Shown piece by piece: positions 6,799 through 14,028 of a DNA stretch of 51,471 bases. The stretch covers positions 1 through 51,471 of the IMG/VR virus record IMGVR_UViG_3300037047_000144. One strand, written 5' to 3'. Source of the stretch: a virus (taxonomy: Duplodnaviria > Caudoviricetes). A program made the position numbers and the translations under genes. The notes beneath the pieces are model-generated. The model was given only the letters and a program-made list of their open reading frames with translations, ran no database searches and was not told the origin of the DNA. Within the stretch, counting starts at the first letter, position 1. Each line of letters begins with the position of its first letter.

Positions 6799-8901
6799 TC
6801 ACTTCTTCGACATTGATGCGAAGACGTCGGTGGCTGCGCGATCCAGTTCCTCGGCGCTCCGCCTGCGGCGGCTGCGGCCGGCGGCGGCATGCTCGGTTTC
6901 GATCTCCGCGCCAGCCAGGCCGGCGGTGACGGCAGCCACGGCGCAGTCCCCAGCCTCGGGCGCCGGCACAACCTCCATCGCGGTCGCGTTGCGGAAGACC
7001 TCGATGTTGGCCTCCACGTCCTCAAGACGCTTCCCGATCTTGCCGGCGCTGCGGCGCATCACTGCGTCGCGCACGTGGGCCAGTTCGCGTTCCTTGTCCG
7101 CCAGGCGCTCGGCCAGGGCCTTGACGTCGCCCCGCAGCGCGGCCTTGTAGAGCGGCAGCTTCCCGCGGTAGGCGCCGCGCCCGTCGGTGAGATAGATCCA
7201 GCCGAACGACGATTCATCCACCGAGGCCCGGCTCTTCGCTTCCTCAACCAGGTCGGTGCGGCTGTAGTAGGCGAGATACTTCGCGCCCTCGACCAGCAGC
7301 GGGGAACCCTGGCGGTAGAAGCGGTAGGTCTTTCTGTCGATGTCGATCTCGATCATCCCGTTCGTGACCGTCACCGTGTCGTGGTGCTTCTCCAGGAACC
7401 ACCGCACGGACGCCTCCGGCATACGCTCGAAGTGGAAGCCCAGCATGAGCCGGCCCGCCCGCTCCATCGGCGATTCCTTCACCGCGCGGATCTCCAAATC
7501 CCCCTCCGCGCCCGGCGGCAGGGCCACGGGGTAGTCCGCCATGCCGCGCCAGGGGGCGGCCGCGTCGTGCCGCCAGCGCCACTGGCGGACGCTCTCGAAG
7601 CCCTCCAGCTCGTGCTCCCGCCGGCCGTTCATCCGCACCGCGATGTCGCGCACCTCGACGTTCGCCTCGTGCAGGTGCAGGAACGGGTAGCGCAGCGCAA
7701 GGCGCAGGTTCGCCGGGATCACGCGCCCCGCCTGCACGAGCTTTGCAAGCTCCTTCGAGCGGCCTTCCAACTCCGCCGGCCGAAGCGCGTAGCTCGCGCC
7801 CTTCTGGCCCGGCAGCGCGCCCGCCATGTTGTGCAGGAGGTTCAGGCTGCTCTCCAGCCACGCCTTGCCCGTCGGCGATCCGATCCGCTTGTCCCGGAAG
7901 CCGCCCGGCAGCGCGCGGCCGCCCTGCATGTTCGTCCAATGGACGACGATGTTCCCGCCGCTCAGCTCCTGCAGCGCGCGCGCGTCCTCCTGCGAGATCG
8001 AGGCCGTGCCGCGCTCCACGACGATGTTCATCCGGTACTGCGTCGGGAACCCGAACGTGCGGATCATGCCCGCCACGATCACCAGCGTGTCGCGCCGCAG
8101 CAGGCCCTGCGTCGAGCCGTCGTCCCGCGGCAGAGAAGGCCGCGTGCCCAGGCGAAGGCAGACGCCTGTCGCGATGTCCATCGCAACGATGCACCGAAGG
8201 ACGACCGGCTTGTCCACGTCGTCCACGCACACAAGGAAGTCCGTCTCGACGTCGTCCAGCGTCACCCACTCCAGGAAGCGCATGCCCTCCCGAGTCTGCG
8301 GGATATGCGGCAGCAGCGCGCTCGCCGCGACCTCCCCCAGCTTCGCAAGCGCAGTCTCCGCCGGGGGAGGAGTCAGGCGCATCAGGTTCGCGTAGTCCCA
8401 GCCGTGCGGGATGAAATCCTCCGGGCACTCCGCAGGGATCGGAACATCCGAGCGCATCCGCTGCCAGTGCTCCCGCCACGAGCCGTAGCCATCGATCGCT
8501 TCCCCCGCCTGCCAGCGGCGGACCAGCACCGACCGCGCCTGCGCGCCCGAAAGGTTCCGCTTGTTCTCGTCGTGCAGCGAGCGCCAGAAGTCGATGAACT
8601 CCTGCGGCTGGCCCCGCGCGGCAGGGATCTTCCGGAAGTCAATGCACACCCGCCAATCGCCATGCGACACCTTGAACGCGCGCAGCGCCCGGTAGAGTGA
8701 TTCCTTCGAAAACCCGTCCGCCTCCGCCGACACGAACCGCCGGATCTCCGCCATTGCCTTCTTCGGTCCTAGCCGGTGCAGAAGCTCCATGCACCGCAGC
8801 TTCATCCGCACCCCGTAGCGCGCCGAATCCGGCAGGCGCTCAAACTCATCACGCGCGGAACCCGATGGGAGTTGAAACGACAGAGCGGCGGACTCGCTCA
8901 T
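6799..8901 (-). CDS. MuA-like DDE transposase
   Basis: 700 aa. RNase H-like core WVTLDDVETD...AMDIATG...IVVERGTA...PTGKAWLESSLNLLH. Adjacent to MuB. Confidence 0.88.
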   Translation of the reverse strand: MSESAALSFQLPSGSARDEFERLPDSARYGVRMKLRCMELLHRLGPKKAMAEIRRFVSAEADGFSKESLYRALRAFKVSHGDWRVCIDFRKIPAARGQPQEFIDFWRSLHDENKRNLSGAQARSVLVRRWQAGEAIDGYGSWREHWQRMRSDVPIPAECPEDFIPHGWDYANLMRLTPPPAETALAKLGEVAASALLPHIPQTREGMRFLEWVTLDDVETDFLVCVDDVDKPVVLRCIVAMDIATGVCLRLGTRPSLPRDDGSTQGLLRRDTLVIVAGMIRTFGFPTQYRMNIVVERGTASISQEDARALQELSGGNIVVHWTNMQGGRALPGGFRDKRIGSPTGKAWLESSLNLLHNMAGALPGQKGASYALRPAELEGRSKELAKLVQAGRVIPANLRLALRYPFLHLHEANVEVRDIAVRMNGRREHELEGFESVRQWRWRHDAAAPWRGMADYPVALPPGAEGDLEIRAVKESPMERAGRLMLGFHFERMPEASVRWFLEKHHDTVTVTNGMIEIDIDRKTYRFYRQGSPLLVEGAKYLAYYSRTDLVEEAKSRASVDESSFGWIYLTDGRGAYRGKLPLYKAALRGDVKALAERLADKERELAHVRDAVMRRSAGKIGKRLEDVEANIEVFRNATAMEVVPAPEAGDCAVAAVTAGLAGAEIETEHAAAGRSRRRRSAEELDRAATDVFASMSKK

Positions 8902-8910
8902 GAGAAACCT

Positions 8911-9603
8911 CTATCCGCGCGCCAGCGACTCGCGCACGTTCGAAACGACCTCCAACAACGCATCCAGAATCTTCCGGCGCGACGCCTGCGGCAGCAGCGC
9001 GTAGGACTTCCGGACGGCCCCCTCGCACGTCAGCGTCGACACCAGCTCCTGCCACGTCTGCTTCGCGTCAGCCTCCGCGAGTTCGTCCTCCGTCCGGCGG
9101 CGGCCATGCACGTCACGCGCGCCACCCGTCGGCTTCCGATCCGCCTTCATGAACGCGAACAGCAATTGCCGCTGGCTCTTGCCGTCAAGAAGTTCAGCGA
9201 TCTCCTGCCGCTTCGAGGCCAGCCGCGCGTCCAGCTCCGCCTCGGGCGCCGTCAGCAGGTGGCACAGGTCCACCTTCGCCCCCAGCTTCACTTCAGCGCG
9301 CACGCCTTCGGCCAGCGTCAGGAAGCGGTAGGCCGTCGACACGTTCACGTCCGGGCAGTTCGCCTCAAGCCACTCCTTCAGGCTGCCCGTGTAGCCAATC
9401 TGCCCCCTTTGAATTCCGCGTGCGGAATTCAAACTGTCGCGCACCTGGGCGAGCATCGCCCCGAACTTGACGACCTCCCACAGCCCGCCGATGGCGAGGC
9501 GGTACTGCGCGGTGAGCAGCTTGGCCATGGCCGGATCGTCGGCTGTTCCGGCCACTGCCGGCAACAGTTCCACAGGGGCGTCTTCGTGTTTTTTCTTCGG
9601 CAT
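8911..9603 (-). CDS. DUF3102-like phage protein
   Basis: KFGAMLAQVR...LKEWLEANCPDVNVSTAYRFLTLA pattern; upstream of MuA as in many transposable phages. Confidence 0.65.
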   Translation of the reverse strand: MPKKKHEDAPVELLPAVAGTADDPAMAKLLTAQYRLAIGGLWEVVKFGAMLAQVRDSLNSARGIQRGQIGYTGSLKEWLEANCPDVNVSTAYRFLTLAEGVRAEVKLGAKVDLCHLLTAPEAELDARLASKRQEIAELLDGKSQRQLLFAFMKADRKPTGGARDVHGRRRTEDELAEADAKQTWQELVSTLTCEGAVRKSYALLPQASRRKILDALLEVVSNVRESLARG

Positions 9604-9800
9604 CAGGCGGCGCTCGCTTTCGGGTTCACATCTTCATCGTGGAACTCGCGGCGGGCGGTCTTCGCCGCCAGACGCTCCGCCAGCCACGAGGCGGCGGCCT
9701 TGTAGATCAGGCGCATGTCTTCGAGGCTCGTCGCCTCGCTCCGGCGGTTCAGGCAGCCGCGCAGCAGCGGGTCTCCGGGCGGGCAGGTCATGGGCTTCAT
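9603..9800 (-). CDS. Hypothetical small protein
   Basis: AAGGAGACACCC-ATG start; coupled to the next gene. Confidence 0.55.
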   Translation of the reverse strand: MKPMTCPPGDPLLRGCLNRRSEATSLEDMRLIYKAAASWLAERLAAKTARREFHDEDVNPKASAA

Positions 9801-9820
9801 GGGTGTCTCCTTCATGGGGC

Positions 9821-10105
9821 TCACACGGCTCGGCTCAGGTAGAACTTGATCACGCTCGGGCGGGCGATGCGGTAGCGCGGCGACGACGCCGCGCCCAGGT
9901 TCAGCACCGCGGGCTCATCGCTCTGCGCGGCCTTCTGGAACTCACCCGACTCGATCCAGGCGCACACCGTGTTCGAGCACACGTTGAACGCCTCGGCGAC
10001 ATCGCTCACGCACAGGTAATCCTGACGCGGCAGCCGCCGGTCGATCCACGCCGCGCGCTCGGGCGGCGGCGCATCGAACAGACCGAGTTGGATGAGCGCA
10101 GGCAT
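9821..10105 (-). CDS. Excisionase/MerR-like HTH DNA-binding protein
   Basis: YLCVSDVAEAFNVCSNTVCAWIESGEF...YRIAR. Confidence 0.75.
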   Translation of the reverse strand: MPALIQLGLFDAPPPERAAWIDRRLPRQDYLCVSDVAEAFNVCSNTVCAWIESGEFQKAAQSDEPAVLNLGAASSPRYRIARPSVIKFYLSRAV

Positions 10106-10572
10106 CAGATCGCCACGGCCTCAGGGGAGAACGATGAGGGATGAGCGATGAGCGATGAATGGGGAGCGCGGGCGGTGAAGTCCGGCGCTTCCAGATCCAT
10201 CGCCAGGGCGATACGGCCCGCGCAGATCCGCGCCCAGGCGGCCTTGACCCGCTCCACGCCGTGCCGGCGTTCCGCGGCCGCTTCCGGCGCGGGCTTGCAG
10301 TACCGCGCGATCGCACACGCCGCCCGCTGCACGCGCACGGCCTTGATCCCAGCGGCCAGGTCGGCGGCGATCTGCTCCCGCGACCGGCGGATGCGCTTCA
10401 CGTCCGGATGCGCGGCCCGGTACGCCAGGCGAAGGCGCTCGCAGTCGCAGGCGCGGCACAGCTTGCCACCCTGCGACGGCCACGCGACGAGCTTCCGGTC
10501 CGCCCCGCACTGCGCGCAAGCCGAGATCCAGCACTTGCGATGAGCCGCCAGCGGAAGGTTGAGGCGCTTCAT
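10105..10572 (-). CDS. Putative zinc-finger protein
   Basis: Start MKRLNL at 10572 (ATGA overlap); CAQC...CRAC. Confidence 0.55.
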   Translation of the reverse strand: MKRLNLPLAAHRKCWISACAQCGADRKLVAWPSQGGKLCRACDCERLRLAYRAAHPDVKRIRRSREQIAADLAAGIKAVRVQRAACAIARYCKPAPEAAAERRHGVERVKAAWARICAGRIALAMDLEAPDFTARAPHSSLIAHPSSFSPEAVAI

Positions 10573-10781
10573 CGCCCGGCTCCGTAAATCGACAGCTCCT
10601 CGCGGATCTCGCGGCAGCAGGTGCCGCCGGTGATGGCCCGCATCCGCAGGCCCGGGCGCGTGCGGAACACATCGGCCAGGGCGAGCTCGGCGTCCTCCAG
10701 GCGGCGGACGATCTCGGCATCCGGCAGCGGATCGCCGAGAGCCTGCGCACGCTGCGCATCGGTCAGGGTCGGTGGGGTCAT
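10569..10781 (-). CDS. Hypothetical small protein
   Basis: AAGGAGACACC-ATG start, 70 aa. Confidence 0.6.
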   Translation of the reverse strand: MTPPTLTDAQRAQALGDPLPDAEIVRRLEDAELALADVFRTRPGLRMRAITGGTCCREIREELSIYGAGR

Positions 10782-11386
10782 GGTGTCTCCTTCTGCGGTT
10801 GTCCGGACTTCGGCATGGGGGTATCGTCGATGGCCTCAAAGGGAGACAGCGCCATGGAGACCAGCCTGTTATTGATCGCCGTCAGTATCACGAGCATTGG
10901 CACCGCGATGCTCGCGATGTTCAACGCCATTCCGAAATCCGCAAAAACGGTCGAATGGCTGAAAAGGCGGATGATCCCGACAGCGAGGAAGAGCACTAAA
11001 GATGCCAGGTACGACACCTCGCTAAAGACAGCCAGTCGCGGCATCGCCACCCGCGTCTGGTGGAACGCGGCGATGATCGCGGTCTCAGTGCTGCTCATCG
11101 TCGCGGTCGGCTTCATGGCCGAGGCATCCGCCCCGCTCACCGTCCGCACGGCCGCGCTGCTCGCGCTCTGCGTCGGAAACGTCGTGACGGGCTCCCTCGG
11201 GCTCTCGCGGTTGTAGCGGGCCAGCGCACTGCGGATCACCGACACGTCCGCCTCCGCGTCCATGCAGCGCTCCTTCAGCTCGTCCGTCTGCAACAGACGA
11301 CGGAGCGTGTGGAGTTCCTCCGCAATCACCTTCGCGGTGAATATCGCGTCGCGCGCGCCCTTTTCCGTGGAGTTCGATTCGCTCAC
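10778..11386 (-). CDS. Hypothetical membrane protein (early operon)
   Basis: GTG start after AAGGAGACACCC. Coupled at both ends (GTGA, ATGA). Two hydrophobic segments near the C-terminus. Confidence 0.5.
   Translation of the reverse strand: MSESNSTEKGARDAIFTAKVIAEELHTLRRLLQTDELKERCMDAEADVSVIRSALARYNRESPREPVTTFPTQSASSAAVRTVSGADASAMKPTATMSSTETAIIAAFHQTRVAMPRLAVFSEVSYLASLVLFLAVGIIRLFSHSTVFADFGMALNIASIAVPMLVILTAINNRLVSMALSPFEAIDDTPMPKSGQPQKETP
10854..11216 (+). CDS. Small membrane protein antisense within the early operon
   Basis: AAGGGAG upstream of ATG 10854; three hydrophobic segments. Fully overlaps the minus-strand ORF. Confidence 0.45.
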   Translation: METSLLLIAVSITSIGTAMLAMFNAIPKSAKTVEWLKRRMIPTARKSTKDARYDTSLKTASRGIATRVWWNAAMIAVSVLLIVAVGFMAEASAPLTVRTAALLALCVGNVVTGSLGLSRL

Positions 11387-11553
11387 GCGGGTGTCTCCTT
11401 CTGGTGGCGGCGCAGCCAGGCGGAGATCCGTGGGGAGATGCGCTCGCCGCGCATGACGAGGTAGAGGTGCTGCCGCGTCACGCCGAGTTCCAAAGCCGCC
11501 CGGCAAATCCCCCGCCGAATCGCTTTGCCTTTCCGCTGTGTCACCGTTACCAT
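11383..11553 (-). CDS. Cro/Ner-like small HTH regulator (56 aa, below the ORF-track cutoff)
   Basis: MVTVTQRKGKAIRRGICRAALELGVTRQHLYLVMRGERISPRISAWLRRHQKETPA; first early gene, divergent from the repressor. Confidence 0.8.
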   Translation of the reverse strand: MVTVTQRKGKAIRRGICRAALELGVTRQHLYLVMRGERISPRISAWLRRHQKETPA

Positions 11554-11583
11554 GCTTCACAGGATTACACGGCGTTACACGGT
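11554..11583. promoter_or_regulatory. Divergent lysis/lysogeny switch region with candidate operators
   Basis: 30 bp between two divergent HTH genes; tandem TTACACGG repeats and a further GTTAC at 11546. Confidence 0.55.
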
Positions 11584-12054
11584 ATGCAAGGCGAAAGTTC
11601 ACAATATTTCACGCGCCGCCTTGAGCGCCTGAAGTTCACGCAGAGGTGGACCGACGATGAGCTATCCGAGCACGTCGGGATCTCGCGTCGGATGCTGTAC
11701 CTGATGCGGACGGGAAAGAACCCGATCTCTGCCAAGACGCTGTGGAAAGTCGAACAGGCCGAGCGTGCCGCCGGCCTCGACCCTCCGCTTCCAGACGTTG
11801 GAAAGCCCTCGGGGGGGGATGTCCGAGGCTTGGAAAGTGACAGGGGGAACGCCGCCGGCAACACCGGCGGCGCAAGTGTATCGGGGGCCTCGGGCGTCAA
11901 ATCGTTCCCCGGCGGGATGCACGAGGACGGCGAGAGCTACGACGCGGGGCCGGCTTCCGCGCGGCGGGAGCGGACAGCCCGGATGCTCCGAAGGCTTGAC
12001 GCGATCGAAGCGGAGGTTCAGAAGTTGCGGACGGACATCGAACAGGGAGGATGA
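11584..12054 (+). CDS. XRE-family prophage repressor
   Basis: RRLERLKFTQRWTDDELSEHVGISRRMLYLMRTGKNPIS HTH; C-terminal coiled coil; no peptidase domain seen. Confidence 0.8.
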   Translation: MQGESSQYFTRRLERLKFTQRWTDDELSEHVGISRRMLYLMRTGKNPISAKTLWKVEQAERAAGLDPPLPDVGKPSGGDVRGLESDRGNAAGNTGGASVSGASGVKSFPGGMHEDGESYDAGPASARRERTARMLRRLDAIEAEVQKLRTDIEQGG

Positions 12055-12058
12055 AGCC

Positions 12059-12337
12059 ATGCCAGTGGTATCAACGCACGCGCAGTCCATCGCCCCCAGT
12101 GGCGGAGGCTCGAAGACAGTCGGCGCGGTGTTCGTCGGCCTCGTGGCGCTGGCGGTGGTTGCGGCGCTGCTCTACGCGCACGACCGCATGACCGGCCCGC
12201 CGTCGTCAGCGACGGACACGCTGACGCTGTGGACGGTCGCGATCGTTGCATGGGCCGTGCTGCTACTGATCGGCGTCGGCGCGGCAGTGTCGCAGCTCGC
12301 CGGCATTCGCCGCGCGCTTGAGAATCGGCGCGGCTAG
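12059..12337 (+). CDS. Two-TM membrane protein co-transcribed with the repressor (candidate superinfection exclusion)
   Basis: GGAGG upstream; two hydrophobic helices; followed by a terminator. Confidence 0.65.
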   Translation: MPVVSTHAQSIAPSGGGSKTVGAVFVGLVALAVVAALLYAHDRMTGPPSSATDTLTLWTVAIVAWAVLLLIGVGAAVSQLAGIRRALENRRG

Positions 12338-12358
12338 ACAGGCCGCGTCCAAACGCAG

Positions 12359-12395
12359 CAAGCCCCGGAGTGATCCTCCGGGGCTTTTTGTTTTT
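12359..12395 (+). terminator. Rho-independent terminator of the repressor operon
   Basis: AGCCCCGGAG-TGATC-CTCCGGGGCT stem followed by TTTTGTTTTT. Confidence 0.9.
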
Positions 12396-12696
12396 CGGTC
12401 GCAATCCCGCATATTTCGCACCCCGCGCACGTCCTGAATGACGCGCATACGCCCGCGCGCGACCTGTGGTTCCATCGCGCTCGTGACGCAAGTGCGCCAG
12501 AGCGAAGGCTCGCAGAACTCGACCCGCAAGGGTCTTTCCCGGTCGGCATCGGCGGCGGAAGTCGTCGTGCTCATGGGGCGCCGAGCCGTGGGTCGTGTCT
12601 CCCCCACGGCCGGCGTTTCCCCGGAGAGCCTGGCGGGCGTGGCGCTGGCCGCCATGGGCCGGGCCATCGATGAGGCGGGCGCGTGCGCGGCACGCG

Positions 12697-12770
12697 CAGA
12701 GGTCAGAGGTCAGAGGACAGAGGTCAGAGTGCGGAACTCCGACCTCCGACCTCCGACTTCCGACCTCCGA
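12697..12770 (+). repeat. Heptamer tandem repeats forming an imperfect inverted pair
   Basis: (CAGAGGT)n followed by (CTCCGAC)n. Related 7-mer arrays at ~10132, 13429, 17641, 18931, 19067, 21080, 26160-26279 and 31098. Confidence 0.8.
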
Positions 12771-12787
12771 AAAAGGGGGAAGGTCTG

Positions 12788-13177
12788 ATGGAAAACGCCA
12801 CCAACATCGGGCTCGTCGTCATCGCCCTTTCCGCGCTGGTCAGCCTGGCAGGCGGCCTCATGAACATCTTCGGGCGCTCGCAGAAGCGGGAGATCGGCCC
12901 GAACCCCTTGGAAGTGCGCGCGGCCGCGCAGTACGTGACCGCGGGCCAGATGAATCAGCACGAGGCCGCGAACGACCGGCGCGCGAGCACCATCGAGCAG
13001 ACGCTGCAGGAGCTGATGCACCGCATGGACGGCCTCGACAGGTCCGACGAGGCACGCACGTCGGGCATTCACCGGCGGCTCAACGTGCTCTCGACGAATA
13101 TCGCAACACTGGCCGGCCGCATGGCGGGCCTGAGCGGCCAGCAGGTCACGCTCGTGCACGACGGAGACCAGGGATGA
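12788..13177 (+). CDS. N-terminal TM + coiled-coil protein (position of Mu-type DUF2730/holin-like gene)
   Basis: MENATNIGLVVIALSALVSLAGGLMNIF TM then coiled coil; first clear late gene. Confidence 0.6.
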   Translation: MENATNIGLVVIALSALVSLAGGLMNIFGRSQKREIGPNPLEVRAAAQYVTAGQMNQHEAANDRRASTIEQTLQELMHRMDGLDRSDEARTSGIHRRLNVLSTNIATLAGRMAGLSGQQVTLVHDGDQG

Positions 13178-13425
13178 ACGACCGGATCATGGATGCCGAG
13201 ATCCTGCAGGCGCTGAACATCCAGCGGGACTACGCGATGTCGACCCGGCTCGTGGGCTCGACGCTGACGGCCATCGCGGGCCGGCCGGTGGATCTGGACG
13301 CGGTGCAGCGCCGGCTCACCTGGCTGCGCGACCGCGGCTTCCTCGTCGTGCGCGTGGACGACTACGGCGACGAGCAGTGGATCATCACCGAAAAGGGCAT
13401 CAACCACCTGCAGGCCGCCCGATGA
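13174..13425 (+). CDS. Mu gp26-like winged-helix protein
   Basis: EILQAL...VQRRLTWLRDRGFL...WIITEKG; precedes the small terminase as in Mu. Confidence 0.65.
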   Translation: MNDRIMDAEILQALNIQRDYAMSTRLVGSTLTAIAGRPVDLDAVQRRLTWLRDRGFLVVRVDDYGDEQWIITEKGINHLQAAR

Positions 13426-13497
13426 AGACCCGAGATCCGAGGTCCGAAGTCCGAGGTCCGGCTTTCAGGTTTCAGGTTTCAGCCCTCATCCCTCCCC

Positions 13498-14028
13498 ATG
13501 CGTAAGACCCGTCCAGACGCGGCGTGGATGCGGCTCTCGGAGGCGCAGCAGGACGAGCTTGCCTTCGAGATGGAGTCGAAGTCTCTGGTCGAAGTCCGCG
13601 CGTGGCTAATCGAAAAACGCGGCGTGAAAATGAGCCCGTCGGCCTTCTCGCGGTTCTTTGCCTGGTACCACGCGCGCCGGGCGCTGAAAGACAGCCGGGA
13701 CCTGACAAACGAACTTCGCCGCGAGCTGGCGGAGCACAAAGACAACTCGCTTGACGACGACACGATCAACCTCGTCGCGCAACGGCATTTTGAACTGCTG
13801 GCGATGAAACAGCAGAACCCGAAGCTGTTCATCGGCCTGCGCCGGCTGCGCATCTCGGAACGAACGCTGGCGCTGGAGGTGGAGAAGTTCCGGAAGCAGA
13901 TGCAGACGGACATGGAGAAGGCCCTGGACGCCTTCCATGCCGAGGTCCGCGCGCATCCGGAGGCCGTGAAGGCGTTCGAGTCGTTCCGCGACCAGGTGCG
14001 CACGATCCTTGCGAGGAAGGCGGCATGA
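13498..14028 (+). CDS. Small terminase-like protein (Mu gp27/DUF3486-like)
   Basis: SLVEVRAWL...GVKMSPSAFSRF HTH then helices; ATGA-coupled to the large terminase. Confidence 0.65.
   Translation: MRKTRPDAAWMRLSEAQQDELAFEMESKSLVEVRAWLIEKRGVKMSPSAFSRFFAWYHARRALKDSRDLTNELRRELAEHKDNSLDDDTINLVAQRHFELLAMKQQNPKLFIGLRRLRISERTLALEVEKFRKQMQTDMEKALDAFHAEVRAHPEAVKAFESFRDQVRTILARKAA

Noticed and set aside
6889-8700. Long antisense ORFs (also 13479-15554, 21018-23324, 32072-34201, 38731-40761)
   Set aside because: Shadow frames of well-supported genes in high-GC DNA; no motifs.
12438-12788. Possible first late gene
   Set aside because: No clear RBS or motif, and the 3' third is heptamer repeat. It may be a late promoter or leader region, so it is not called.
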